IMG/VR virus record: IMGVR_UViG_3300020395_000014
Span: 1 to 54,522 of that record
Source of the DNA: a virus
Taxonomy: Duplodnaviria; Caudoviricetes
DNA: 54,522 bases
Reading direction: 5' to 3' (one strand)
Within the stretch, counting starts at the first letter, position 1. Each line of letters starts with the position of its first letter. Shown here one piece after another: positions 1-9,638 of this stretch. A program made the translations under genes and the position numbers. A model generated the notes under the pieces. The model was not told the DNA's origin, ran no database searches, and worked only from the letters and a program-made list of their open reading frames with translations.

Positions 1-543
1 CGTAAGCTAACTTACATCAGCAATATCTACGTTGTAAAAGATCCAGCAAATCCTGAGAACGAAGGTAAAGTATTCTTATACAAATATGGTAAGAAAATCT
101 TTGACAAACTAACTGCAGCAATGCAACCTGAGTTTGAGGATGAGGAAGCAATTGATCCATTCGATTTCTGGCAAGGTGCTAACTTCAAATTGAAGGCAAA
201 GAACGTTGCTGGTTATAGAAACTATGACTCTTCTGAGTTTGCCTCTACCAGTGCATTGTTGAAAGATGATGACGCTATGGAAGCAATTTGGAAAAAAGAG
301 TACTCATTAGCAGAATTAGTTGCTGCCGATCAGTTTAAATCTTATGATGAACTCAAGACTCGTCTTGGATATGTTCTTGGCAATAAGCCAGTTCGTAACG
401 ATGCTGAAACTGTAGAGCAAGAGTTTGAAGATGTTAAAGCATCTGCTCCTGTTGAGACAGTAGAATCAGTATCAAGATCTTCTACTACAGAAGATGAAGA
501 TGATGATGCAATGTCGTATTTTTCTAAACTTGCTGCAGAATAA
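1..543 (+). CDS. 32: single-stranded DNA-binding protein gp32 (5'-truncated)
   Basis: Frame is open from base 1 (RKLTYISNIYVVKDPANPENEGKVFLYKYGKKIFDK...PFDFWQGANFKLK...GYRNYDSSEF...FKSYDEL) with an acidic C-tail (EDEDDDAMSYFSKLA); these are T4 gp32 family motifs. Confidence 0.96.
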   Translation, partial: RKLTYISNIYVVKDPANPENEGKVFLYKYGKKIFDKLTAAMQPEFEDEEAIDPFDFWQGANFKLKAKNVAGYRNYDSSEFASTSALLKDDDAMEAIWKKEYSLAELVAADQFKSYDELKTRLGYVLGNKPVRNDAETVEQEFEDVKASAPVETVESVSRSSTTEDEDDDAMSYFSKLAAE

Positions 544-674
544 TGAAAATCAAGCCTCTTAAACATTGTAGGTTATCCCAGATGAATTTCTTCTACTGGG
601 ATCCGAAAGATGATCCAAGAGAGCCTGAATATTGGAAAGACTCACCTTCGGGTGGGTCTTTTTTAATTAAATAA
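543..674 (+). CDS. possible 43-aa small protein (MKIKPLKHCRLSQMNFFYWDPKDDPREPEYWKD...)
   Basis: ATG overlaps the gp32 stop (TAATG); open to TAA at 672-674; below the ORF-track size cutoff; 3' end runs through the terminator. Confidence 0.45.
   Translation: MKIKPLKHCRLSQMNFFYWDPKDDPREPEYWKDSPSGGSFLIK
636..664. terminator. Rho-independent terminator with cUUCGg tetraloop, probably bidirectional
   Basis: AAAGACTCACC-TTCG-GGTGGGTCTTT followed by T run; lies between convergent gp32 and gp53; UUCG loops are characteristic of T4-type terminators. Confidence 0.9.
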
Positions 675-1424
675 ACGTGTATTTTCTGTTGTAATTAATT
701 TACGACTTATATATTGAGAACTTCTATGGTAATTCAATAATTCTTCAAGATCATTATTAAATATTTGTAAATATTCTGGTCTAAGTATGTCTATATTTCT
801 TTTTTGTTCATTTATACCTACTTCATATTCATAGTTAGATATACCTATTGTAGGTTTAATTGTTTCTCCAGAATAATTAATTTTTTCTCCTCCTATTATC
901 CCATACCAAGTATTTGATGTTCCATTATATCTTTTTGCTGGACCATCAATTGTAAACTCTGGTATAGCATCTGCTCCACCATTATTGTCTGCAGTTCTAA
1001 AAGTTTCATTAGGTCCGTTTACAACTTTACCTGCTTCTAATATTAATCTGTCTTTTTCATCTCTAATTTCTATAGTTTCATAATGATGAGTAGCATTTAA
1101 ATTTTCAAGACCGTATTTATTTACAGCATATTCATATAAATTTGTGTTTGATAGTGGCCATTCTGCTTCAATATTAGTGATATTTGCCACAAGAATAACA
1201 ACATAGTCTAATTCTGGATCACTGTATAAGTAATCTGCAACTATATCTGGTCTTGATTCGTCAGGAATAATGTAACTATTAAATATTACTGATTGTTCTG
1301 ATACCCAATCTAATAGTTTAACTTTCCTGAAAAGATTTTTTATAGTAATAAAATCTTTTGATGATGTTTTATTTGGTAATGGTGATGGATACCTTACATT
1401 AGGTAATTTTCTTATGTATGCCAT
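663..1424 (-). CDS. 53: baseplate wedge subunit gp53
   Basis: Y.I....RPD.VA..LY.DP.LD.V.....NI......WP and YEYE..INE.KR.I..LRP motifs; syntenic with gp48. Confidence 0.9.
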   Translation of the reverse strand: MAYIRKLPNVRYPSPLPNKTSSKDFITIKNLFRKVKLLDWVSEQSVIFNSYIIPDESRPDIVADYLYSDPELDYVVILVANITNIEAEWPLSNTNLYEYAVNKYGLENLNATHHYETIEIRDEKDRLILEAGKVVNGPNETFRTADNNGGADAIPEFTIDGPAKRYNGTSNTWYGIIGGEKINYSGETIKPTIGISNYEYEVGINEQKRNIDILRPEYLQIFNNDLEELLNYHRSSQYISRKLITTENTRLFN

Positions 1425-2578
1425 TAGTATCCAACTCCTTTGAGGTTTTCTTCATCATAATCTTCATCGTAAATTGGGTTAATCTCTTTAAATGTCATAT
1501 CTACAACTGTATGTACTGGTGTACCATCAGAGTAAGTTGCATAAGTTCCTGATCCAGTATAGTTAACATTCATTTGTGATAATACACATGGTTTAAATGA
1601 ATTTAAAAATGGATGATCTTTTCCACTTTGTAGATATCTTAATAAGAAAACATCTGGAGCACCTAAGAATATACCACTATTTTTTGAATTTTTAGATCCA
1701 GAGTTTTGATAATCTTCACCTGCTTTAGGAGCCATTGATTGTTTCATCATTCTTATTATTTTTGCAACTTTACCACCTTCACTAGAACTTCTTGGTGAAA
1801 AATTAAATCTAAATTGGAATGATCTTAGATTAACACCACTGAATAATAATTCCTTATTTGAGTTTAGGATTTGTCCAGTTGCTTTTGAAAGAACGGTATT
1901 TGCGTTAATATTAGCACCAAATTGATTAAGTGCTAAACTTGTCATAGATGCTTTTACTATTCTTGATATTGATCCATTTTGTAATCCTATATCTAAATTT
2001 GAATTAATGGCACTAACTGCTTTAGTAAATCCTTCACCAACATCTCCACCTTCTTGCATAGCAAGTTGACCCATTTCTAATGCTGCAAGAGTGAATATAT
2101 TTCTATCATCTTCTTGGAATTGGGTTGATGATGAAGCACTTATATTTTGAGGTATTGGGAGTTCTACATAAAATCTTGTTTTCTTTTTATATGCACCACC
2201 AGTATCAGAATCAGTAAATCTTTTATAACGAGTATGCATACCCGTATTCATTTTAAATTCTGCATCTATTTTTCCTTTATCTCCAATATTTCCTAACTGA
2301 CCTTTTTCAATATCCATATTAAGTTTAAAATCTGGATCTCCTGATGATGGTGCAAGGTATTTAACAGCTTGTATAAGTAAAGAATCTTCTCCATCAGAAA
2401 CGCTTCTTTTTTCTGGATAACTATAGAACTCTGGTGATCCATATTTTCCTGTTTGTCCAGAACTACTATCTCCACCATTTACTGGTGTAGTTAGTTCTGA
2501 TAAATTATTTTCTTGTCTATACTTATTCTGAAGATCTCTGTTTTCTTGCGGATCTACCCGCCAGGTTCCCATTGCCAT
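1424..2578 (-). CDS. 48: baseplate tail-tube cap gp48
   Basis: LPIP...; N.N.ELLF.G..LRSF.F.F.F.PRS..E; P.VF; FKPCVL....VNYT; F.EI motifs. Confidence 0.88.
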   Translation of the reverse strand: MAMGTWRVDPQENRDLQNKYRQENNLSELTTPVNGGDSSSGQTGKYGSPEFYSYPEKRSVSDGEDSLLIQAVKYLAPSSGDPDFKLNMDIEKGQLGNIGDKGKIDAEFKMNTGMHTRYKRFTDSDTGGAYKKKTRFYVELPIPQNISASSSTQFQEDDRNIFTLAALEMGQLAMQEGGDVGEGFTKAVSAINSNLDIGLQNGSISRIVKASMTSLALNQFGANINANTVLSKATGQILNSNKELLFSGVNLRSFQFRFNFSPRSSSEGGKVAKIIRMMKQSMAPKAGEDYQNSGSKNSKNSGIFLGAPDVFLLRYLQSGKDHPFLNSFKPCVLSQMNVNYTGSGTYATYSDGTPVHTVVDMTFKEINPIYDEDYDEENLKGVGY

Positions 2579-2599
2579 TATCGACCTATTTTAGTATTA

Positions 2600-3001
2600 T
2601 CAGCTATTTATACGAAATCTTGCAAAAGGTATACCATCAAGATCAGTTAATTCAGAATGTGTAATTTCATATAGTCCACCTATTATTTCATTCCATGTAT
2701 ATTGTCTCATTGTATTCCAGTGAAAATTGATTCCACGAAACCCCCATTCAAAAACATCAGTAACTGCTACCATTGGATGTTGATCATATCTTAAGTTGGG
2801 AGTTTTTGCTTTATATAAGAATACATAATATTTTCCTTCTGATGGTCTTTTACTACCTTCTGTTAACGATTCTATGATTTTCATCATTAGATCGTCAGGG
2901 TGTTCTGTACCAATTAAATCATTAAGTATATGTGATATTCTATTTCTTGATTCTCTTGCTTGCCTTAGTTTTTCTTTTTGGCGATTAATAAAAGATGCCA
3001 T
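2600..3001 (-). CDS. 2: DNA end-protector gp2-like protein (short form)
   Basis: GKYY.F.Y.AKT....YD.HP.V......GF.G.N.H motif; lies between gp4 and gp48. Confidence 0.7.
   Translation of the reverse strand: MASFINRQKEKLRQARESRNRISHILNDLIGTEHPDDLMMKIIESLTEGSKRPSEGKYYVFLYKAKTPNLRYDQHPMVAVTDVFEWGFRGINFHWNTMRQYTWNEIIGGLYEITHSELTDLDGIPFARFRINS
2605..2612 (-). promoter_or_regulatory. late promoter TATAAATA for gp48
   Basis: tatttata on + is the T4 late consensus on -, about 27 nt upstream of the gp48 ATG. Confidence 0.7.
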
Positions 3002-3438
3002 TATTTTATCCCAAGTTCTTTTTCAGTAACCACTTTAAATTCCAATTGTCTATCAGCACACCATTCTCTTGCTTCTTTCCATTTTGCTTGGTTCTTTGCA
3101 TATTCGTATGCTTCACGAATATAACCAGGAGTTTGACGTTTTGGTTTTTTAGGTGGAGAGCATTGCTTTAAAGGCTTTACTTCAATAACATATCTTTTTA
3201 TTTGACCATTAGTTTCTTTTACTTTCATATAGAAGTCTGGAAAATATCTATGTGGTTTTCCATCAACGGGAGATATGTAAGGTATTGCTATTTCTTCACT
3301 GTTCCATTCTAATATATTAGAGTTTTTATCACAATAAACCATAAATTTTCTTTCCCATAATGACCTAAAGATTATATTTGTTGGATCACCTTTATACTTT
3401 CGTGGGTGAGATGGTTGATATTTTCCTTTATAAGCCAT
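3001..3438 (-). CDS. 4: head completion nuclease gp4
   Basis: KY.GDP.NI..RS.WE..FM..CD....W.SEE..IPY.SP.D...HRYFPDF...IEVKP...N.AKW..A motifs. Confidence 0.95.
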   Translation of the reverse strand: MAYKGKYQPSHPRKYKGDPTNIIFRSLWERKFMVYCDKNSNILEWNSEEIAIPYISPVDGKPHRYFPDFYMKVKETNGQIKRYVIEVKPLKQCSPPKKPKRQTPGYIREAYEYAKNQAKWKEAREWCADRQLEFKVVTEKELGIK

Positions 3439-3470
3439 CTAAATAGAAATGATATAATAAAACTATTTAG
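3439..3470. promoter_or_regulatory. pair of face-to-face late promoters (CTAAATA on + at 3439-3445; CTAAATA on - at 3464-3470)
   Basis: Both motifs lie in the 36-nt gap between divergent gp4 and the gp54-like gene. Confidence 0.75.
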
Positions 3471-3474
3471 AGTA

Positions 3475-4305
3475 GTGGCAGCACCAATCCCAAAGAAAAT
3501 ATCTCAGATATTGCCAACATTTCAAAATGTCGCACAAACTTCTAATTATCTGGTGCAATTTAGTATGCCGCCAGGTGGTTTAAGAGATTTCCTTGAAAGT
3601 AAAGGAGTTGATTGGAGATTTCATTCCGATCAGATAGGATTACTTTGTAATCGTGCTTCTTTACCTGGAAGTGGATTTGCAACTGCTGATATAGTAGGTG
3701 ATTATCAAGGAGTTGTTGAGAAAAGACCGCATACAAGAAAATTCACTCAAATAACTTTAGATTTTTATGTTGATAATGAATATAAAACTCTTAAGTTTTT
3801 AGAACATTGGATGGAGTATATTAGTGGTGGTTCTCCAGCAAATTCTGTTGATGATGCCTATAATTTTAAGATGAGATATCCAGAAGAATATAGATCAGAG
3901 AATACTAAAATAATTAAATTTGAAAAAAATTATAGACAATCACTTGAATATGGTTTTCGGGGATTATTTCCTTATGAATTAAATTCTACAAGGGTACAAT
4001 ATGATAACTCTCAGGTTTTAGTTGTATCTGCTAATTTCTTATATGATAGGTATATTTGCGGAGAATCTAGTTCTTGGTCAAGAGAAAGAGGAGTAGATCG
4101 TAATAAAAAGGGAATTGATAAATCAAGATCTATGAATAGATTCATGGGTGGAGATGCATCAATAACTCAAACTCTTAATGCTAATGCACCAGGAAATAAA
4201 GAATTAAAAAATAACTTAATAAGTAATGCAATTGATCCTAATTTAGGTAAAGATGGAACAGTTGTTGGATCTCAATATAGTAGTGGATGGTATGATGCTT
4301 ATTAA
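3475..4305 (+). CDS. baseplate tail-tube initiator gp54-like (gp19 fold) protein
   Basis: LLC..ASLPG......; R.F..I.L.FYVD..Y....F.E.W..YI; G.FP..L motifs; the GTG at 3475 after the late promoter is preferred over the ORF-track start at 3406. Confidence 0.7.
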   Translation: MAAPIPKKISQILPTFQNVAQTSNYLVQFSMPPGGLRDFLESKGVDWRFHSDQIGLLCNRASLPGSGFATADIVGDYQGVVEKRPHTRKFTQITLDFYVDNEYKTLKFLEHWMEYISGGSPANSVDDAYNFKMRYPEEYRSENTKIIKFEKNYRQSLEYGFRGLFPYELNSTRVQYDNSQVLVVSANFLYDRYICGESSSWSRERGVDRNKKGIDKSRSMNRFMGGDASITQTLNANAPGNKELKNNLISNAIDPNLGKDGTVVGSQYSSGWYDAY

Positions 4306-4320
4306 CTTATTTTTACACTG

Positions 4321-4327
4321 CTAAATA
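4321..4327 (+). promoter_or_regulatory. late promoter CTAAATA for gp26
   Basis: Intergenic, 22 nt before the ATG at 4350. Confidence 0.7.
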
Positions 4328-4349
4328 AAATTACTGAATTGCGATTATT

Positions 4350-5072
4350 ATGCCTTTACCAAAGATTTCGACTCCTTCTTATGAGTTAATTATTCCTTCT
4401 ACAAAGAAAAAAGTTAAATTTAGACCCTTTTTAGTTAAGGAAGAGAAAATTCTTATATTGGCTATGGAGAGTAATAATCCTACTCAAGTAGCTAATGCTG
4501 TTAAAGATGTTATTTCATCTTGCATTCTTTCAAGGGGTGTTAAAGTAGAATCTCTTTCTACATTTGATATTGAATATATTTTCCTTAATATACGTGGAAA
4601 ATCTGTAGGTGAAGAGATTGAAGTTATGATTACTTGTCCTGATGATGAAAAGACACAAGTTTCATCCGTTATTAATATTGATGAAATACAGATACAAGAA
4701 TCAAAAGATCATTCTAAAGATATTAAATTAGATGATAATCTTACACTTAGGATGAAATATCCATCAATGAGTGAATTTATTAAATCAAATTTTGCTGTTT
4801 CTGCAGATGCTGTAGATGTAGATGATACTTTTAAATTAATTGCTTCTTGTATAGATCAAATATATTCTGAAGAGGAATCTTGGGCAGGTTCCGATTCTAC
4901 TGATAAAGAGTTGAATGAGTTTGTTGAACAATTAAGTTCAAAACAATTTAAAGAAGTTGAAAATTTCTTTAATACAATGCCTAAATTATCACATACTGTA
5001 AAAGTTACAAATCCAAATACTAAAGTTGAAAGTGAAGTTGTATTGGAGGGATTACAAAGTTTTTTCGAGTAA
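4350..5072 (+). CDS. 26: baseplate hub subunit gp26
   Basis: MPLPKI..P.YEL..PS.....KFRPFLVKEEK.L..A.E; FD.EY.F..IR.KSVGE; FF..MP.L; LEGL.SFF. Confidence 0.92.
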   Translation: MPLPKISTPSYELIIPSTKKKVKFRPFLVKEEKILILAMESNNPTQVANAVKDVISSCILSRGVKVESLSTFDIEYIFLNIRGKSVGEEIEVMITCPDDEKTQVSSVINIDEIQIQESKDHSKDIKLDDNLTLRMKYPSMSEFIKSNFAVSADAVDVDDTFKLIASCIDQIYSEEESWAGSDSTDKELNEFVEQLSSKQFKEVENFFNTMPKLSHTVKVTNPNTKVESEVVLEGLQSFFE

Positions 5073-5074
5073 GT

Positions 5075-5257
5075 ATGTCGCATGAAGATCTTGCGTCATA
5101 CTATAAAATAAATTTTGCCTTAATGCAACATCATAAATATAGCTTAACAGAGTTAGAAAATATGATACCTTGGGAAAGGGAAATTTATCTATCTCTTCTT
5201 CAGCAATATATTGAAGAAGAAAATTTAAAAGCACAACAAGCAGCAGCAAATGGCTGA
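5075..5257 (+). CDS. 51: baseplate hub assembly catalyst gp51
   Basis: YY..NFALMQHHKYSLTE.ENM.PWERE.Y..LL motif. Confidence 0.9.
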   Translation: MSHEDLASYYKINFALMQHHKYSLTELENMIPWEREIYLSLLQQYIEEENLKAQQAAANG

Positions 5258-6818
5258 ACCAGCATCACCAGTAGCAGGATCAATACAAGGTATTAGAAGA
5301 AGTGTTTCTTCTAGTATGTTTGCAGGTGGTGGTTTACCTGGTAATATGATTACCAGACCAGATCCAACAACTACTACTTTAATACAAAATAATTCATTAT
5401 TAGTAAGAGGACTTACTGGTAGAATTGGTCAATTAGAAAATAATATTGCTGTATTAACAAGTGGTTTAAATGGATTACAGCAAAGTTTAGCTTTAAGTCA
5501 AAGTTTAGAAAGGCAGAGAGAAGAAGCAAAGGCTAAAAGAGATTTTATACTTGCACAACAAGCATTAAGGGAAGGAAAAGAAAGTGCTATAGAATCTAAG
5601 ATTGTAAATGCACTTACTTCACCTGTTAGAAGAATTGGATCAAAAGTACAATCCAGTTTAGCGAATCTACAGAATTTTTTAGGATATCTTGTTGGTGGAT
5701 GGTTTAGCGTTCAGGCATTATCAATTTTAAAAGCAAGAGCTGAGGGTAATACTCAGAAATTGGGAGAATTAAGACGTAAATTATATAAAAATCTTTTATT
5801 TGTTGGTGGTACTCTTCTTTTACTTAAAAGTGGATTGGGTCTTATACTGAGAACCTTATCAACAGTTGGTAAAAGAATTGCTTTATTTTCTATTAATAGG
5901 TTAGTTAAAGCACCTCTTATTGCTTTGACTGGATTATTATCTCGTTTATTTGGTGGTATTTTTGGTAAAGGTGCTGGTAAAGCAGGTTCTTTTCAGGGTG
6001 GTGTAAGTTTATTTGGTGCAGCAGATGAAGCATCAAATATGACTAAGAAACAGAAGACAAAACAATTAAAGAAAAATAAAAATAAATGGTGGAGATCTAA
6101 TAAAAGACCAAGTTCATTAGGTACTAAGGGTCTTGGTATTAATATTGGTATTCAATCTCTTCTTTTTGGTAAAGATATTAAAGATACTATTGTAGATGAG
6201 AGTATTGCTTTTGGTGCAGGTAAAATTGTTGAACGTGGTCTTAGGAAAAAGTTTGGAATTCTTGCCGATATTGGTGGTATTTTAACATGGATAAGTGTAA
6301 GTGAGATTCTAAATTTCCTTAGATTTCAAAATAGTAAAGAATCCTCTTCACAATCTGAGAATCAAACTAGTGATAATAATAGTGGCATAAATGCAAGTCT
6401 TATGTCACCAATAAGTGCAGTGGATCTTCAGAATGATATTTTATCAAAAAAACCTCAAGAGGGTGATTATGAAACTAAAGAAGAATTTAATCGTGCTAAT
6501 GATGCATTTGCTCTTAAGTATGGTGATCGGTTACAATCTTTACAAGAAGAGATTAATAGTAGTGGGGATGAAAAAATAGTAGCAAATCAAAATAATCTTC
6601 AAATTAAAAAGAATGATAAGCAGATTAATCAATTACAAGAACCTGCACCTCTTATTGTTCCAATGAATGCTGCTTCAAATGCTGGTCAATCATCTGGTTC
6701 TTCTCCTGGTGGATCAACTTCATCTGGATCTGGTGAGATCCCTGATATAGCATCTTCTAATGGTGATAATGATTATGTATTTCTTGCATATAAGCAGTTT
6801 CAAGTAGCTCCAGTTTAA
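5250..6818 (+). CDS. tape-measure/gp29-like helical protein 1
   Basis: Position after gp51; coiled-coil N-terminus, long hydrophobic/Gly-rich helical middle, Ser/Gly-rich C-terminus. Confidence 0.5.
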   Translation: MAEPASPVAGSIQGIRRSVSSSMFAGGGLPGNMITRPDPTTTTLIQNNSLLVRGLTGRIGQLENNIAVLTSGLNGLQQSLALSQSLERQREEAKAKRDFILAQQALREGKESAIESKIVNALTSPVRRIGSKVQSSLANLQNFLGYLVGGWFSVQALSILKARAEGNTQKLGELRRKLYKNLLFVGGTLLLLKSGLGLILRTLSTVGKRIALFSINRLVKAPLIALTGLLSRLFGGIFGKGAGKAGSFQGGVSLFGAADEASNMTKKQKTKQLKKNKNKWWRSNKRPSSLGTKGLGINIGIQSLLFGKDIKDTIVDESIAFGAGKIVERGLRKKFGILADIGGILTWISVSEILNFLRFQNSKESSSQSENQTSDNNSGINASLMSPISAVDLQNDILSKKPQEGDYETKEEFNRANDAFALKYGDRLQSLQEEINSSGDEKIVANQNNLQIKKNDKQINQLQEPAPLIVPMNAASNAGQSSGSSPGGSTSSGSGEIPDIASSNGDNDYVFLAYKQFQVAPV

Positions 6819-6821
6819 TAT

Positions 6822-8327
6822 ATGTCAGATAGAAATACTAAAAGGGTACATACCTCATTAAATATTACTTCTAAAAGTCTACGAAAGATAAGTGAGACTA
6901 CTTCTAATCTTTCTCAAGGTCTTGTTAAATCAATTAGAGTGACAAGAGGTATTGTACAAAAAACTAAGTCTCATAATGAATATAAAAGGACTTTAATTGG
7001 AAGAGATGATACTTTTTTTAGGAGAAGAAGAGAAGCTGTTTTAAGAAAGGATAGAGAGGATATTATAGAAGCAGGTAAAGTTGGTGGTCCTATGAGGATG
7101 CAGGGAAAAATACCTACTTCTAGTACAAGAGGATTTTTGGGAAGAGTACTTAATTTGTTTGGTGTTGTTTTAATAGGTTGGATGGTGAGAACATTGCCAG
7201 AGTTGATTAAGAAGACAAATAAGTTTATTAAAACTATAAAGGATGCAGCTACAACTCTTAGTAATTGGATAGAATCTGTTGGTAGTAATATAACTGCTTT
7301 TACGAATGATTTTGGTGAGATATTAAGTGGTGTATTGAGATTAGAATTTACTAAAGAGAATGAAACCATCGAAACTGAGATGGAGGATATAAACAAAAAA
7401 TTTGCATTAATTGATCAGGATCTTAGTTTATCAATGGCAATGTATATGAATCCTAAAATGTATGGTTTGAATTCATTTGATCCTGATGAGATTATGGAAT
7501 CTAATATGGGAGTTAAGCCTGGAAAAAATCAATGGTGGGACTTTCTTGATTTATTTCCTAATCCTCCAAGTAATCCTACTGATGGGGAAATTGAGGAAGA
7601 AGGTGAAGTAGATCCTGATGAAGACGGTACTCTTATTAATAGTGGTGATGAGGAAACTGAAGATAAAGTTAATGTTGAAGTTGATAAAGTTAAAGAATTA
7701 GATCCAAAACAATTAATTGAAGATTCTGATGATGAAAAACTACAACAAGCTAAAAAAGAATCTGGTCTTGATAAAACTCCTGATATAAGAGGATTGGATG
7801 GTAAAGAACTTTCACCTGAAATAAATGCACAGCAAGAAAAGGCATTAGATGCTAGTGGATGGAAAATGTTTAAGAAGGGTGGGTTTATAAAAGGAAAGTC
7901 TCATGAACAAGGTGGAGAAAAGGCATTAGTTGAATCTGGTGAAGGTATTTTAAATAAAGAAACAACTGAAAAGATTGGTGGTGAGGACACTATAAATGCT
8001 TTAAATAGTAAATCTTTTTGGAATATTAAAAGAAATGATAATATAGAATCTACAATAAATAATAAATCTAATGAGGAGCAATTTGCAAGAAGAGATTTAA
8101 AAGTTCAGAATAAAATTAATACTAAAAAGAAGGTGGATTTGCAATTAGCTGAAAGGGTTAAGGTTGATAGGAAAGGTCCAGTTATAATGGTTAGTTCTCA
8201 ACCTTCTTCTGGATCTTCTTCTGCATCTCCTTCTGGTGGATCAAAAACTAAAGTTGTTATGCTTGGTAATAATAAACCTGGCAATTTTATTAAACAAGTT
8301 CAATCTTTACAATACGCATATACTTAA
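6822..8327 (+). CDS. tape-measure/gp29-like helical protein 2
   Basis: FKKGGFIKG..H..GG...L.E.GE.ILN motif typical of tape-measure C-terminal regions; partial similarity to the upstream gene. Confidence 0.5.
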   Translation: MSDRNTKRVHTSLNITSKSLRKISETTSNLSQGLVKSIRVTRGIVQKTKSHNEYKRTLIGRDDTFFRRRREAVLRKDREDIIEAGKVGGPMRMQGKIPTSSTRGFLGRVLNLFGVVLIGWMVRTLPELIKKTNKFIKTIKDAATTLSNWIESVGSNITAFTNDFGEILSGVLRLEFTKENETIETEMEDINKKFALIDQDLSLSMAMYMNPKMYGLNSFDPDEIMESNMGVKPGKNQWWDFLDLFPNPPSNPTDGEIEEEGEVDPDEDGTLINSGDEETEDKVNVEVDKVKELDPKQLIEDSDDEKLQQAKKESGLDKTPDIRGLDGKELSPEINAQQEKALDASGWKMFKKGGFIKGKSHEQGGEKALVESGEGILNKETTEKIGGEDTINALNSKSFWNIKRNDNIESTINNKSNEEQFARRDLKVQNKINTKKKVDLQLAERVKVDRKGPVIMVSSQPSSGSSSASPSGGSKTKVVMLGNNKPGNFIKQVQSLQYAYT

Positions 8328-9638
8328 ATGGCAGCAATAGATAAGTCAATTTATGAAAAAATTATAATAGAGTCAGCAGATCAATCAAAAACTGTTGATA
8401 TTGCTCCAGGTGTTGTTAGTATAGATTATTATGAGGATATTTTTTCACCTACAATTACAGTTAAACTTCAAGTAGTTAATGTTGGTAATGCTATTAAGGA
8501 TGAGAATAATAAATTTCAATCAATATATAATGGATTGCCTTTAAGGGGTGGTGAAAGAATTAGTTTAAAGGTAACTGGTAATACTGATAATAATCCAGGA
8601 TTGGATTTTAGTGAACAGGAGAATTACTTATTTGTTTCCAGTATTACTAATGTTATTTCTACTACAGAAGTTGAAGGATTTACTTTAAATTTAGTCTCTC
8701 GTGAAGCATTGACAAATGAAACTTCAAGAGTTGGTAGAAAGTATCCAGCATCATTAAAAATATCAGAAACTGCAAAGGATATTATAAAAAAATATTTGGC
8801 AACAAATAAAGATACTTATATAGATCCAACTCAAAATCCTTATGGATTTATTGGTAATATGAGAAAACCATTTACAATATTAACTTGGTTAGCATCAAAA
8901 TCTGTACCAGAATCTTCTTCCGAAGATGCTACTGCTGGATATGTTTTCTTTGAAACTAAAAAAGGATATAATTTCAGATCAATAGATGATTTAATATCAT
9001 CTGATCCTTATGAAAATTTATATGTTTTTACTGAAGTTGTACAATCAGTTCCAGATAATGATTTTAAAATTATGAAATATAATACTAATAAGAATCAGAA
9101 TCTTATAGGTAATATGCAAAGAGGTACTTATTGTAGTCAAAGAATGTTTTTTAATCCTTGTAATTTTGAATATACTTCTACAAAAGATGGTAAATTTGAT
9201 TTGGAGAAATATAAAGAAAAAAGTAGTAATCTTGGAAAGGATATAACTTTACCAAAAGTTAATCCTAATTCTGATTTAACTTTGGGTGAAATACCAACGA
9301 GGAATGTAACTGCAGTTTTAGATATTGGAACTATAGAAAAAGGTGTTTCTGTTGATGAAAATGCATCTCCTGCAAGAATACAGTCTCAAGCATTGATGAG
9401 ATATAATACGATTTTGACACAAAATATATCTATGACTATACCATCAAATACTAATCTATGTGCTGGAGATATAATTAGATGTCAATTCCCTAAAGTACAA
9501 ATGGGTACTAAAAAAACTGAAGATAGTGAGCAAACTGGTCTATATATGATTAAGGAACTATGTCATCATTTTGATTCTACTGGATCATATACTTCATTGA
9601 AATTGATTAAAGATACGTTCGGAAAGGCAGAAAAATGA
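8328..9638 (+). CDS. baseplate hub gp27-like (late control D family) protein
   Basis: YYE.IFSP.IT; LP.RGGE; Y.FFET..GYNF.SID.L; G.Y.I..L.H motifs; directly upstream of gp5. Confidence 0.7.
   Translation: MAAIDKSIYEKIIIESADQSKTVDIAPGVVSIDYYEDIFSPTITVKLQVVNVGNAIKDENNKFQSIYNGLPLRGGERISLKVTGNTDNNPGLDFSEQENYLFVSSITNVISTTEVEGFTLNLVSREALTNETSRVGRKYPASLKISETAKDIIKKYLATNKDTYIDPTQNPYGFIGNMRKPFTILTWLASKSVPESSSEDATAGYVFFETKKGYNFRSIDDLISSDPYENLYVFTEVVQSVPDNDFKIMKYNTNKNQNLIGNMQRGTYCSQRMFFNPCNFEYTSTKDGKFDLEKYKEKSSNLGKDITLPKVNPNSDLTLGEIPTRNVTAVLDIGTIEKGVSVDENASPARIQSQALMRYNTILTQNISMTIPSNTNLCAGDIIRCQFPKVQMGTKKTEDSEQTGLYMIKELCHHFDSTGSYTSLKLIKDTFGKAEK

Noticed and set aside
3001-3438. TnsA-like nuclease suggesting a transposon
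   Set aside because: Motifs and synteny identify T4 gp4 head-completion protein
3406-3474. ORF-track start at 3406
   Set aside because: Overlaps gp4 and lies upstream of the late promoter; the GTG at 3475 fits better
5250-9638. Three consecutive same-frame ORFs separated by single TAA stops (also 31703/34478/36428), suggesting readthrough or stop recoding
   Set aside because: Stops are TAA (TAA-TAG at 34472-34477), each downstream ORF has its own ATG and a family-typical N-terminus, and long ORFs read normally in the standard code
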